A DNA stretch of 64,000 nucleotides from Coriobacteriia bacterium (GTDB lineage: Bacteria > Actinomycetota > Coriobacteriia > Anaerosomatales > JAJZPX01). Below the pieces are notes generated by a model, which was given only the letters and a program-made list of their open reading frames with translations, did not search any database and had not been told where the DNA came from. The DNA is taken from the NCBI GenBank assembly GCA_036504755.1, contig DASXUP010000013.1:8976-72975 (forward strand), in the 5' to 3' direction. The translations under genes and the position numbers were made by a program. Positions 23,855 to 33,776 of this stretch are shown in pieces (position 1 is the stretch's first letter; every line of letters begins with the position of its first letter).

Positions 23855-25042
23855 ATGGGCATGGGTAAGGGCAGGCGGGTGTTCGCGCTGGTCGCCGTCC
23901 TCGCGATGGTGGCCGTTGTGGCCGCCGGTTGCGGTGGTGGCGCTACCGGTGGCGGCCTGACGACGGTGAAGCTGGCGATCGGCGCGCCGTTGACGCAGGG
24001 CGCTACCGCTCTCGGTCAGGGCATGGATCGCGGCGCCAAACTGGCGATCAAGGACAACGAAGAGGCACTCAAGGCCGCCGGCCTGAAGATGGAGCCGTTC
24101 TCCGGCGACGATCAGGGCGACCCCAAGACCGGCGTGAACGTGGCGAACCAATTCGCCTCGGACCCCGCGGTCATCGGCGTCATGGGTCACCTGAACTCCG
24201 GCGTGTCGATCCCGGCCTCGAAGGTCTACAACAAGGCGAACCTCGTGCAGATCTCGCCTGCGTCGACGAATCCCGCGCTCACGCTGCAGCAGCTCAACAA
24301 CGTCTTCCGCGTGTGCACGATCGACTCGGTCCAGGGTCCCTCGGGCGCCGACTCGGCGTTCAAGGACCTTGGTTTCAAGACGGCCGTCGTCGTCGACGAC
24401 TCTACCCCGTACGGTGAGGGTCTCGCCAAGGCGTTCGCGGATCAGTTCGTCGCCGATGGCGGCAAGGTGCTCACGTCCGAGAAGACCACCGACAAGGACA
24501 CGGACTTCAACGCCCTCGTCACGAAGATCAAGGCACTGAACCCGGACCTCATCTACTACGGTGGCATCTACAATGCAGGCGCGCTTCTGGCGAAGCAGTC
24601 GAAGGACGCCGGCATGAAGGCGCCCCTGATGGGCGGCGACGGTCTCTACGACCCGACGTTCGTCAAGCTGGCCGGTGCCACGCAGGCCGAGGGCGACTAC
24701 GCGACCTCCGTCGGCCTGCCGATCTCGGAGCTCGCCAAGGGCAAGCAGTTCACCGATTCCTACAAGAAGCTGTACCCGAACGACGAGATCGCTGCCTATG
24801 ACGCGTACTCCTACGACGCGGCCGACGTCATCATCAAGGCCGTCATCGCTGTCGCGAAGGAGAAGGGCGCCGCTGCGGTCACCACGGTCGAGGGCAAGAA
24901 GGCGATCATCGCCGCCGTTGCCAAGACCGACATGGAGGGTGTCACCGGCAAGATCTCGTTCGACAAGAACGGCGACACCACCAACAAGGCCATCACTCTG
25001 TACGTCGTGAAGAGCGGCGCGTGGGGACCCTGGAAGAAGTAG
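23855..25042 (+). CDS. livK: Branched-chain amino acid ABC transporter substrate-binding lipoprotein (LivK/LivJ family)
   Basis: ATG 23855 follows AGGGAGGA. Lipoprotein signal RRVFALVAVLAMVAVVAAGCGG. Family-typical GHLNSGVSIPAS, DDSTPYGEGLA and YYGGIY. Confidence 0.9.
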   Translation: MGMGKGRRVFALVAVLAMVAVVAAGCGGGATGGGLTTVKLAIGAPLTQGATALGQGMDRGAKLAIKDNEEALKAAGLKMEPFSGDDQGDPKTGVNVANQFASDPAVIGVMGHLNSGVSIPASKVYNKANLVQISPASTNPALTLQQLNNVFRVCTIDSVQGPSGADSAFKDLGFKTAVVVDDSTPYGEGLAKAFADQFVADGGKVLTSEKTTDKDTDFNALVTKIKALNPDLIYYGGIYNAGALLAKQSKDAGMKAPLMGGDGLYDPTFVKLAGATQAEGDYATSVGLPISELAKGKQFTDSYKKLYPNDEIAAYDAYSYDAADVIIKAVIAVAKEKGAAAVTTVEGKKAIIAAVAKTDMEGVTGKISFDKNGDTTNKAITLYVVKSGAWGPWKK

Positions 25043-25174
25043 TCGGGTAGGCATATCCGTCACCTCAGGGACCCGGGCGAGTGGGACCACTCGCCCGGGT
25101 CCTTCTGGGGACTTCTAGCCCTTGTGGGGGAGTCCGTCCTTCGCGTCGTAGTCCTAGAAGCAGGTGGAATCGCA

Positions 25175-26098
25175 GTGTCAATGGCAATCATCGGGCAACA
25201 ACTCGTGAACGGGCTCACGCTCGGCGGCATGTACGCCCTCATCGCCCTCGGCTACACGCTCGTGTATGGCATCCTTCTCATGATCAACTTCGCGCACAGT
25301 GAGATGTTCATGTCCGGGGCGTTCATCGGGCTGGGCGTGCTCACGGTACTCGGCAAGAACAAGTTCCTTACCGGCAGCGGCCTCGGCGTGTTCATGCTGC
25401 TTCTCATCACGTTCCTGGTCGCCATGGTCGGCGTCGGCATCCTCGGCGTTCTCACCGAGCGCTTCGCGTACAGGCCGCTGCGGCACGCGCCACGCCTGGC
25501 GCCGCTCATCTCCGCGATCGGCGTGTCGCTCTTCCTGCAGCAGGCGGTGCTGTTGTGGATCGCCGCGAAGCCGCTTCCTTTCCCGAACTACCTGCCGGTC
25601 CTGAAGTTCAATCTCGGGCCGGTCACGATCAATACACTGCAGATCTTCATCATCGGCATCTCGCTCGTCCTTCTGGGTGTCCTCGACACCTTTGTCAGCC
25701 GGACCAGGATGGGCAAGGCGATGCGCGCGACGTCCCAGGATCGTGACGCCGCGGGCCTCATGGGGATAGACATCAACCGCGTCATCTCGACGACGTTCTT
25801 CATCGGCCCGGCGCTCGGCGCCGTCGCAGGCATCTGCTCGGGGATGTACTACGGGTCCATCGTCTTCAACATGGGCTTCATCCCGGGCATCAAGTCGTTC
25901 ACGGCGGCCGTCATCGGCGGCATCGGCAACCTTCGCGGCGCGATGCTCGGCGGATTCGCCCTCGGCATGATCGAGTCGCTCGCGGCGGGCTTCGTGTCCT
26001 CGGGCTACAAGGACGTCATCGCTTTCGCGATCCTCATCCTGGTGCTCATCTTCCGTCCGGGCGGACTGCTCGGCGAGTCCGTCATCGAGAAGGTGTAG
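25175..26098 (+). CDS. livH: Branched-chain amino acid ABC transporter permease LivH
   Basis: IIGQQLVNGLTLGGMYALIALGYTLVYG, MRATSQDRDAAGLMGI and IGGIGNLRGAMLGG. The start is GTG 25175 (AGGTGGA 8 nt upstream) or ATG 25181. Confidence 0.9.
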   Translation: MSMAIIGQQLVNGLTLGGMYALIALGYTLVYGILLMINFAHSEMFMSGAFIGLGVLTVLGKNKFLTGSGLGVFMLLLITFLVAMVGVGILGVLTERFAYRPLRHAPRLAPLISAIGVSLFLQQAVLLWIAAKPLPFPNYLPVLKFNLGPVTINTLQIFIIGISLVLLGVLDTFVSRTRMGKAMRATSQDRDAAGLMGIDINRVISTTFFIGPALGAVAGICSGMYYGSIVFNMGFIPGIKSFTAAVIGGIGNLRGAMLGGFALGMIESLAAGFVSSGYKDVIAFAILILVLIFRPGGLLGESVIEKV

Positions 26099-26102
26099 CG
26101 CC

Positions 26103-27266
26103 ATGGCGAAGATGGAAGTCGCGACGAAGGTCGGAGCCACCCGCATCACGCCGGCGAGATGGGCGCTGTACGCGACCCTCACTCTCGCGGCGGTCGGCCT
26201 GCCGATCATGTTCCAGGCGTTGAACAACGTCTTCATGGTGCACATCTTCGGCCTCATGGGCATCTACGTGATGCTCGCGCTGGGGCTGAACATAGTCGTC
26301 GGGTACGCGGGTCTGCTGGACCTCGGCTACATCGCGTTCTACGCGATGGGCGCGTACTCAGGGGTCATCCTCGGCTCCGTCGGCATGCAGATCGCCGGCA
26401 AGGGTTTCGGCCCCTGGGCGTACTGGGCCCTCTTGCCCGTCGCCGCGGTCGTGGCGGCCGGCACGGGCATAGCGCTCGGCACTCCCGTGCTGCGCCTCAA
26501 GGGCGACTATCTGGCGATAGTCACGCTGGGCTTCGGAGAGATCGTCCGCATCATCGCCACGAACTGGTCGCAACTCACCAACGGGCCGGCCGGCCTGCCG
26601 AGGGCGGCGCAGTTCGTGCCTTCTCCCGCGGGCCAGCAGTGGGCGTCCGACCACCTGAGCCGCGGGAACTTCCAGTTCAGCGCCGACCTGTGGTGGTACT
26701 ACGTCATCGGCGCGCTGTGCCTGGTCACCGTGTTCTTCGTCCGCCGTCTCGACAACTCGCGCCTCGGCCGGGCCTGGGTGGCCATGCGCGAGGACATGGT
26801 GGCGGCGGCGTCGGTCGGCATCAACATCACCACCACGAAGCTGTGGGCGTTCTCCCTGGGCGCGCTGTGGGGCGGCATCGGAGGCATCACGTACGGCTAC
26901 TGGGTCGGGTTCATCAGCCCCGAGTCGTTCAACTTCTTCGAGTCGGTCCTCATCGTGTGCATGGTCGTCCTCGGCGGCATGGGGTCGATCCCCGGCGCCG
27001 CTCTCGGTGCGGTCATCATCGCCGGCCTGCCGGAGATCATCCGCGGCCTGGCGCAGAGCCGGGCCCTTTCCGGCGTGCTGACGGTCGATCAGGCCGCCGC
27101 GATCGGCAACTATCGGTACCTCATCTTCGGCCTGCTGATGGTGGTCATGATGGCGGTGCGACCACAAGGCATCCTGCCGTCTTCGCGCCGTGCGCGCGAA
27201 CTCCATCCGGAAGACGAGGCGATCCTCGAAGAAGAGAGTGCCGAGATCACCTCGGCCAGCATGTAG
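26103..27266 (+). CDS. livM: Branched-chain amino acid ABC transporter permease LivM
   Basis: GLNIVVGYAGLLDLGYIAFYAMGAY, LRLKGDYLAIVTLGFGEI, GRAWVAMREDMVAAASVGIN and VVLGGMGSIPGA. Confidence 0.9.
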   Translation: MAKMEVATKVGATRITPARWALYATLTLAAVGLPIMFQALNNVFMVHIFGLMGIYVMLALGLNIVVGYAGLLDLGYIAFYAMGAYSGVILGSVGMQIAGKGFGPWAYWALLPVAAVVAAGTGIALGTPVLRLKGDYLAIVTLGFGEIVRIIATNWSQLTNGPAGLPRAAQFVPSPAGQQWASDHLSRGNFQFSADLWWYYVIGALCLVTVFFVRRLDNSRLGRAWVAMREDMVAAASVGINITTTKLWAFSLGALWGGIGGITYGYWVGFISPESFNFFESVLIVCMVVLGGMGSIPGAALGAVIIAGLPEIIRGLAQSRALSGVLTVDQAAAIGNYRYLIFGLLMVVMMAVRPQGILPSSRRARELHPEDEAILEEESAEITSASM

Positions 27267-27282
27267 GGGGCTGGAGAGAACA

Positions 27283-28065
27283 ATGGCACTCCTCGAAGCA
27301 AGCAAAGTCACGATGCAGTTCGGCGGCCTGAAGGCGCTGTGCGACATCGACTTCCACGTCGAGAAGGGCGAGATCGTCGCGCTCATCGGTCCCAACGGCG
27401 CCGGCAAGACGACCTTCTTCAACCTGCTCACCGGCATCTACAAGCCCACCGAGGGCACGCTGATGTTCAACGGCAAGAGCCTCGCGGGGCTCAAGCCGCA
27501 CGTCATGTGCAAGATGGGCATCGCCCGCACGTTCCAGAACATCCGCCTGTTCGCGAACATGACAGCTCTCGAGAACGTCATGGTGGGCAGGCATTCACGC
27601 ATGAAGGGCACGCCGCTCTCCGCCGTGCTGCGCACTCCCGCGTTCAAGCGGGAGGAGGAACAGGTGGTAGCCGAGGCGCTGCGGAGACTGCAGTTCGTCG
27701 GATTGGCGAAGGTCGCGAACGAGCTCGCGAAGAATCTGCCCTACGGCGACCAGCGGCGGCTCGAGATAGCCCGCGCGCTCGCGACGGACCCGGAGCTCAT
27801 CCTGCTCGACGAGCCCGCCGCGGGCATGAACCCGCATGAGAGCTCCGAGCTGACGCAGCTCGTGCGCAAGATCCGCGAGGCCGGCGTCACCGTCCTTCTG
27901 ATCGAGCACGACATGAAGGTCGTCATGGGGATCGCGGACCGGGTGGTGGTCCTCGACTTCGGCGAGAAGATAGCCGAGGGCGTGCCGGCGGAGATCCAGC
28001 GCGACCCGAAGGTCATCGAAGCGTACCTCGGCAAGGGCGCCGACCAACTGATGGCGCAGAGCTAG
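27283..28065 (+). CDS. livG: Branched-chain amino acid ABC transporter ATP-binding protein LivG
   Basis: ATG 27283 is in frame with track ORF 27190..28065. FGGLKALCDIDF, GPNGAGKTT, LPYGDQRRLEIARAL, LLDEPAAGMN and IEHDM. Confidence 0.9.
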   Translation: MALLEASKVTMQFGGLKALCDIDFHVEKGEIVALIGPNGAGKTTFFNLLTGIYKPTEGTLMFNGKSLAGLKPHVMCKMGIARTFQNIRLFANMTALENVMVGRHSRMKGTPLSAVLRTPAFKREEEQVVAEALRRLQFVGLAKVANELAKNLPYGDQRRLEIARALATDPELILLDEPAAGMNPHESSELTQLVRKIREAGVTVLLIEHDMKVVMGIADRVVVLDFGEKIAEGVPAEIQRDPKVIEAYLGKGADQLMAQS

Positions 28066-28077
28066 GAGGACGCCGGG

Positions 28078-28791
28078 ATGTCGATACTCAAAGTGGAGGA
28101 CCTCCACACCTTCTACGGCCAGATCGAGGCGCTCAAAGGGATCTCGCTCGAGGTCCAGGAGGGCGAGATCGTCACGCTCATCGGCGCGAACGGCGCCGGC
28201 AAGTCCACGACGCTCAAGACGCTGTCGGGTCAGCTCGTCCCCTCCCAAGGCCGGATCGAGTTCCTCGGCGAGGATATCGCCGGCCTGCCGGCGCATGCCG
28301 TGACCCAGAGGGGCATCATCCAGGTGCCCGAAGGCCGACGCATCTTCCCGCGCATGAGCGTGGAGGAGAACCTCGAGATGGGTGCGTTCCTTCGCGAGGA
28401 CAAGGCCGGCATAGCCGAGTCGATGGAGCGCGTCTTCACGCTGTTCCCTCGCCTTCGCGAGCGCCGCTCCCAGAAGGGCGGTACCCTCTCCGGCGGCGAG
28501 CAGCAGATGCTGGCCACCGGCCGAGGCATGATGGCCTCCCCGAAGCTGCTGATGCTCGACGAGCCCTCGATGGGCCTCGCGCCCGTGGTGGTCGAGATGA
28601 TCTTCGAGACGATCCGGAGGCTCAACGCCGAGGGCATCACGATCCTGCTGGTCGAGCAGAACGCGGCGATGGCGCTGAACCTCGCGCACAGGGGCTACGT
28701 GCTCGAGACGGGCACGATCGCGCTCGAGGGCACGGGCAAGGAGCTGCTCACGAACGAGCGCGTGCGCAAGACGTACCTCGGAGAGGCCTAG
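28078..28791 (+). CDS. livF: Branched-chain amino acid ABC transporter ATP-binding protein LivF
   Basis: GANGAGKSTTLK, LSGGEQQMLATGR, LMLDEPSMGLAP and LVEQN. Confidence 0.9.
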   Translation: MSILKVEDLHTFYGQIEALKGISLEVQEGEIVTLIGANGAGKSTTLKTLSGQLVPSQGRIEFLGEDIAGLPAHAVTQRGIIQVPEGRRIFPRMSVEENLEMGAFLREDKAGIAESMERVFTLFPRLRERRSQKGGTLSGGEQQMLATGRGMMASPKLLMLDEPSMGLAPVVVEMIFETIRRLNAEGITILLVEQNAAMALNLAHRGYVLETGTIALEGTGKELLTNERVRKTYLGEA

Positions 28792-28851
28792 CCGCTTCGG
28801 GCGAACGCATCTCTAGCTGTTGCAGGCCCAGTCGCAGTAGACGCCGGCGGG

Positions 28852-30165
28852 TCACACTCCACCGGGCTCCCATGCTCCTTTCGCCGCGCTCACCTTGTCC
28901 GTGACCTGTCTGCCCGCGGATTCGACGGGGACCTCGTTGAACGCGGGGCGTCCGCCGCGCATCCGCCACACCCCCGCCGACATCACGGCCTCCACCGAAG
29001 CCGGCGCACCGGAGTCGATCAGCTCTCGGACGGGGTCGTCGGCATCGCCGATCCTAACGAGCGCGAGATCCGCCTGTTTCCCCACGGCCAGGGACCCGAA
29101 GGATGCCTCGACGCCGAGCGCGACGGCGCCTTCGAGCGTCATCATCCGGAGGAGCCGTTCGGGCGGGAGGGCGGGCGCGATGTCTCGCAACGCCCTCGCC
29201 TCGGCGAACAGGTCGATGCCTTCGTTGCTCGCCGATGAGTCCGTCCCGATCCCGATGGCCACCTTCTCCCGCGCCAGCGCGTCGACCGGCGGGTAGCCGT
29301 TGTGCAGGAACGCGTTGCTGAGCGGGCAGAGGGCCACCCCGCGCACACGCTGCGCGAGAGTGTGGACGTCGCCGTGCCCGAGGTGCACGCAATGCACGGC
29401 TAGCGCGTCGTCCAGCACGCCGAGGCGCGCGAGGTACGCCACTGGCGAGAGATGCGGCGGCTCGAATCCGTCGGCGAGGCGTTCGGCGACCGCGGCCAGC
29501 GGGCCGGCCCCTTCCCGGAACAGCCGCGTCTCCGCCAGGGACTCGGCCACGTGGACGGCGAGCGGGTAGCCGCCTTCGCGCGCGAGCGCGGCCACGGCGC
29601 GGAGGAGCTCGGGACCGGAGGTGTAGGCGGTGTGCGGGCTTATCCCGACCCGCGCACGCACCCATTTCGCCTTGCTCTGCCCGTGCGGGAACTCCGCCCG
29701 GTCGAGCATGTCGGACAGCTCGGACGCCGGTATGCCGAAAGCCTCCCAGAAGTACACGCCGCCGAGCCCCATGTCCGCAGCGGCCGCCAGCGCCTCAGGC
29801 CCGTACGCGATGTCACCGGCCACCGTGATACCGGACTGAAGGCAGCGCAGCGCACCCAGGGCTGCCGAGGTGGCCATGTCGTCCTCGTCGAGCGCGGCGA
29901 TCAGCGGCACGACGCGGATCAGCCAGGTCGCGAAGTCGGATGAGGGCAGAAGACCGCCGAGGGCGGCGAGGGAGAGGTGTGTGTGCGCGTTGACGAGGCC
30001 CGGGACCATCGCGCAGCCGGCGAAGTCCACGTGCGCGACACGCTCGAGCCGGCTCAGACGGTCCGCCGGCCCCACCTCGGCTATGCGGCCGTTCCGGACG
30101 AGGACGCCGCCGCGGCGGATGGGCGCCGCGTCGATCGGCAAGACCCAGTCGGCGGTGACGAGCAT
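28852..30165 (-). CDS. Amidohydrolase-superfamily nucleoside deaminase. Candidates are an MTA/5'-deoxyadenosine deaminase (MtaD/DadD-like) or an aminofutalosine deaminase.
   Basis: ATG 30165 is in frame with track ORF 28852..30384. MLVTADWVLPI...VPGLVNAHTHLS, ISPHTAYT, AVHVAES, HCVH, GTDS and ADLAL. Confidence 0.85.
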   Translation of the reverse strand: MLVTADWVLPIDAAPIRRGGVLVRNGRIAEVGPADRLSRLERVAHVDFAGCAMVPGLVNAHTHLSLAALGGLLPSSDFATWLIRVVPLIAALDEDDMATSAALGALRCLQSGITVAGDIAYGPEALAAAADMGLGGVYFWEAFGIPASELSDMLDRAEFPHGQSKAKWVRARVGISPHTAYTSGPELLRAVAALAREGGYPLAVHVAESLAETRLFREGAGPLAAVAERLADGFEPPHLSPVAYLARLGVLDDALAVHCVHLGHGDVHTLAQRVRGVALCPLSNAFLHNGYPPVDALAREKVAIGIGTDSSASNEGIDLFAEARALRDIAPALPPERLLRMMTLEGAVALGVEASFGSLAVGKQADLALVRIGDADDPVRELIDSGAPASVEAVMSAGVWRMRGGRPAFNEVPVESAGRQVTDKVSAAKGAWEPGGV

Positions 30166-30167
30166 CC

Positions 30168-31019
30168 TTAGGGCTCGCGCTCGTCGGGCAGCGCCAGCAG
30201 GCTCGGCTTGCGCAACGACGCGCATTCGCACCCCGCCTCGAGGTCCACGGCAGCGACCGAGTCGAGCACGATGCGCGACAGAGTCTCGGATTCGTCGGCG
30301 AAGATCGCCTTGAGCTCGCGATGCTCCCACTCCCTGACGACGCCCTCGCCGTAGTTGACCACGATGTAGATCCCGGCGAAGCACGCGCCGATGTCGCGCG
30401 CGAGCACCACTTCCGGCGCGAAGCTCTGCCCGATGACGTCTCCGCCGAGGCGACGCATGTAGTCCACCTCGGCAACGGACTCGAATCGCGGGCCGTCGGT
30501 GACGAGATAGGTGCCTCGGCGGAACACGCGGGGGAACGCGTTCTCGGCACGAGCGGCGAGGCCCTCCGCGAGCACCGGGCAGACCGGGCGCCGCATGATG
30601 AGCAGGTGGTCGCCCCGGACGTAGATGTCCTGCCTGGCGGTGAGGTCGATGAAGTCCGTCGGCACGAGGACGTCACGCGGGTCGAGCAGCTGGTTGAGGC
30701 TGCCCACGCCTCCGTCCGAGATCACCTTGCGCACGCCGGCCCTCTCGAACACCCAGAAGGTCTGCAGGCTTGCGTCGGCGCGCTTCACGCCGCGCCGCCA
30801 GCCGTGCATCTTCACCGCGAGCGCCTCTCGCCGCCCGTGCTCGCCCTCGATACTGAAGTGAGTGAAGAGCGGCGAGCGCCCATAGGGAGTGTCGAAGACG
30901 AGATCGGTCGCGAACACGGTGACACGGGGGTCGGCAAGGCCCGCCGGAAAGTCGAAACCGAGCGTGCCGCTCCCGCCGCAGAGCCCGAAGTCCACGCGGG
31001 GGACGTCCTGGGTCAGCAT
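30168..31019 (-). CDS. MTAP-family purine nucleoside phosphorylase (methylthioadenosine/methylthioinosine phosphorylase-like)
   Basis: GAGGAGG ribosome-binding site. FGLCGGSGT, VISDGGVGSL, PTDFIDLT, TYLVTDGPRFESVAE and GDVIGQSFAPEVVLARD. Confidence 0.8.
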   Translation of the reverse strand: MLTQDVPRVDFGLCGGSGTLGFDFPAGLADPRVTVFATDLVFDTPYGRSPLFTHFSIEGEHGRREALAVKMHGWRRGVKRADASLQTFWVFERAGVRKVISDGGVGSLNQLLDPRDVLVPTDFIDLTARQDIYVRGDHLLIMRRPVCPVLAEGLAARAENAFPRVFRRGTYLVTDGPRFESVAEVDYMRRLGGDVIGQSFAPEVVLARDIGACFAGIYIVVNYGEGVVREWEHRELKAIFADESETLSRIVLDSVAAVDLEAGCECASLRKPSLLALPDEREP

Positions 31020-31083
31020 GGGACACCTCCTCTACAAGAAGGCTACCCGAAAGGGCGTCCCGCGGGCCAATACGAGAGTGCGG

Positions 31084-31521
31084 TCAGAGGCGAAGCTCCA
31101 TGCGCTTGTGCGGCATCTGCGTGTCTTCGGCGGCCGTCAACCCGCCTGCCTCGTGGAAGCCCAGCCCGCGGTAGAAGCCGAGGGCCGTGAAACGGGCGTT
31201 CACCCATATGAGTGTGCGGCCTTCCCGGCGAGCCTGAGTGATCAGCTCCTGCATGAGCTTCGCGCCCACGCCGCCGTGGCGCGCGGTCGGGTCCACGGCC
31301 AAGTGGCGTATCCGTGCGGCGCGGTCGGTCATCACCAGCCGCGCGTATCCTACGACCGTCTCGCCGCGGACGGCGACGAGGTGCCGCGAGTGGGGGTCCG
31401 CGTCATCCCAGTCCGCGTCGGACGCCAGACCCAGCGGACGGTGGAGCACTTCGTAGCGGAGTGCCGAGGCGCCCGCGAAGAGCGGGTCGGCGGGAGTGAC
31501 GAATCGCAGCTGGTCGGTCAT
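31084..31521 (-). CDS. GNAT-family N-acetyltransferase
   Basis: ATG 31521 has TAAGGAG 7 nt upstream. RIRHLAVDPTARHGGVGAKLMQELI...ARFTALGFYRGLGF is the acetyl-CoA-binding motif A. The track ORF starts 10 codons earlier without a ribosome-binding site. Confidence 0.8.
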   Translation of the reverse strand: MTDQLRFVTPADPLFAGASALRYEVLHRPLGLASDADWDDADPHSRHLVAVRGETVVGYARLVMTDRAARIRHLAVDPTARHGGVGAKLMQELITQARREGRTLIWVNARFTALGFYRGLGFHEAGGLTAAEDTQMPHKRMELRL

Positions 31522-31679
31522 CGCGGGTCTCCTTAGCGCGGAGTGCTCCATACCGAGAGTTTACGGAGCCGCGAGCCCTCGCGGTGGTCCTTCGCCGACG
31601 CATGACCGCCGCTCGTCGAGCAGAAGGCGGCGGAAGCGCCTTGCCGGCACCGCCACCGCCTTCTGCTCGAGCCCTGCGC

Positions 31680-32588
31680 TTACACTTGCTCGATACGCTG
31701 GAGCACCCAGTCGAGCGCCGGGTCGTTCATCTGCGTCCCGCAGTACGCGCACTTCACGTAGTTGCCGTCGGTGACTGGTGCGCCGCAGTTCGGGCACTTC
31801 TTGATCGTCGCCTCGGCCTTCGTCCGCGCGCCCGCCTTGCGGACGAGCGTCCAGTACTCCTGGAACGTCTTCGGCGTCTTGCCGTCGCCGAGAACCCCGG
31901 GGTTGACCAGCTCGCCCGTGCGTTCATCGACCGTGTAGTCGATCACCGTCGCCGTGACGAGGACGCGGACGTAGTCGTACCCGCCCTCGGCAGTGACCGA
32001 GACGGGGTCTATGCGGTCGACGTGCATGCCGTCGAGCTTGTTGACCTGGCCGCTGCGGACGTACTCCTGCACGCCGTTCTGCAGTACGTCGAACTGCTGG
32101 TCGGCGAGGAACCTGCGCGCCGGCTCCATGTCGCGAGCCTGCCACGCATGCTGGATGGCCATGAACATCTCGTTGACCCGCCCGTAGAACGCCTGCTCGC
32201 CGAAGTCCGGGTCCGCGGCCTTCAGGGCATCGAACGAGGCCTGGTCCGGCGGCGTCTCGGTCATGATCGAGCCGATGGCGCCGCCCTCGCCGCCGGAGCT
32301 CCCGCCACCGTTGCGGCTCTGGACGTACATCACTATGCCGACGATGACGATGATGAGGATGATCGTCCCGCAGCCGCCACCGCCGCCTCCGATCGGGATC
32401 GGGATCGGCAGGCCGCCGGAGAACCCGCCGGAGCTGCGGCTGCCTCCGCTGAACCCGCCCGAGCGGCCGGGGCTGCCGATGTGGCCGCCGCCCGCACGGG
32501 CGAGCGCGACGCTGGGCAGCAGCAGGGCGAGCGCGAGCGCCAGCACAAGGGCGGCAGCGAGGGCCGCGCGCTGCGAACGTGTGCGCAT
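31680..32588 (-). CDS. Membrane-anchored Tim44-like domain protein with a Gly-rich N-terminal segment and a C-terminal zinc ribbon
   Basis: Signal-like MRTRSQRAALAAALVLALALALLLPSVALA. GGFSGG repeats. TM segment TIILIIVIVGIVMYV. Tim44-like core FYGRVNEMFMAIQHAWQARDMEPARRFL...YWTLVRK. Zinc ribbon CPNCGAP...CAYCG, ending DPALDWVLQRI. Confidence 0.8.
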   Translation of the reverse strand: MRTRSQRAALAAALVLALALALLLPSVALARAGGGHIGSPGRSGGFSGGSRSSGGFSGGLPIPIPIGGGGGGCGTIILIIVIVGIVMYVQSRNGGGSSGGEGGAIGSIMTETPPDQASFDALKAADPDFGEQAFYGRVNEMFMAIQHAWQARDMEPARRFLADQQFDVLQNGVQEYVRSGQVNKLDGMHVDRIDPVSVTAEGGYDYVRVLVTATVIDYTVDERTGELVNPGVLGDGKTPKTFQEYWTLVRKAGARTKAEATIKKCPNCGAPVTDGNYVKCAYCGTQMNDPALDWVLQRIEQV

Positions 32589-32597
32589 CCCGGTCAC

Positions 32598-33677
32598 CTA
32601 CTCCTGCTTCGTGCCGCACGAGGGGCAGAACTTGGCGTCCGCCGCCAGCTCGGCATCGCAGTTCGCACAGCGTTTCGGGCCCACGGCCGCCCCGCAAGCG
32701 GGGCAGAACTTCCCGCCCGCGGGAACCGCTGCGCCGCAACCCGGGCAGGTGACGGCGGTCGCGGAGGCCTGTTGAGCCTGCTGCTGCACCTGGCCCGACT
32801 GCACCCCGCCGGCGATGGTCTGGCCGAGCCCCGCGCCGACGAACAGACCCGCCATGGACGCGCCGTCGCCGCCCTGCGCCATGCCCTGAGCGGCACCGAA
32901 CATCGCCTCCGTCTGGCCGGCCGCCATGTACCGCGGGTCTCCGGCGAGGCGCATCTTCGCCATGCGGTCCTTGAGGTCGAGCAGACGCTGCCGGTCGGCG
33001 TCATCCATGTTGACGAGGAAGTCCTCGATCTTGGTGATCTGCAAGCCCCAGTCGGCGAGGTACGGTCCCGCCGCCTCCACGATGGCCTTCTCGAACTCGA
33101 GGTTGTACGTGCCGTCGGTGACGTCCAGCAGCGACCACTTCTCGGACTTCATCTTGCCGAAGACCGTGGCGCGCAGGATCTTGGTGAGCTGGTCGCGTAT
33201 CGCGTCCGCGATGAACTCGTTGCTATAGATCGTCTGCGTGCCGATGAGGCCGAGGATGAGCTTCGCCGGGTCGACCACCTTGAAGACGTACTCGCCGAAG
33301 ACGCCGCAGCGCAACACCTCGCCCGTGCCGGGGTCCTCGACCTCGCCCATCGAGCCGCCGAATTTGTTGTTGGCGAACTCACGGTTCGAGACGAAGTACA
33401 GTTCGGCCTTGAGCGCGTTGCCTCCAGTGGCGCCGTCGATCAGCCCTCCGATGAAGGGGATGTTCGCGCCGTCGAGCCGATGCTGGCCGCCCTGCAGGTA
33501 TCCGGCGACGCTGCCTTCTTTGATGAAGAGCGCCCATTCGTCGGGCTGGACCGTGGCGACCGAGAAGAGCCGGATGTTCTGCTCCGGCCATTTGTAGAGC
33601 ACGAGGTCCTTGCTGCTGTCCGGGCGCGCGATGAACTGCTCCTGCAGTCCGCCCTTGAAGCCGTCGAGAAGTCCCAT
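32598..33677 (-). CDS. SPFH (stomatin/prohibitin/flotillin)-like protein with a C-terminal double zinc ribbon (COG4260 / B. subtilis YdjI-like)
   Basis: MGLLDGFKGGLQEQFIARPDSSKDLVLYKWP...VQPDEWALFIKEG...ELYFVSNREF...RCGVFGEYVFKVVDP. C-terminus CPGCGAAVPAGGKFCPACGA...CANCDAELAADAKFCPSCG. Confidence 0.85.
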   Translation of the reverse strand: MGLLDGFKGGLQEQFIARPDSSKDLVLYKWPEQNIRLFSVATVQPDEWALFIKEGSVAGYLQGGQHRLDGANIPFIGGLIDGATGGNALKAELYFVSNREFANNKFGGSMGEVEDPGTGEVLRCGVFGEYVFKVVDPAKLILGLIGTQTIYSNEFIADAIRDQLTKILRATVFGKMKSEKWSLLDVTDGTYNLEFEKAIVEAAGPYLADWGLQITKIEDFLVNMDDADRQRLLDLKDRMAKMRLAGDPRYMAAGQTEAMFGAAQGMAQGGDGASMAGLFVGAGLGQTIAGGVQSGQVQQQAQQASATAVTCPGCGAAVPAGGKFCPACGAAVGPKRCANCDAELAADAKFCPSCGTKQE

Positions 33678-33776
33678 TCGTCCGCCTTTCGATGCCGACG
33701 GGGGAGGGGAAGAGGGAGCCCCCCGTTCCTGTTCCTCACATCTTGGGGAGTCGCGGGGCGCGAATCAACCGCGGGG

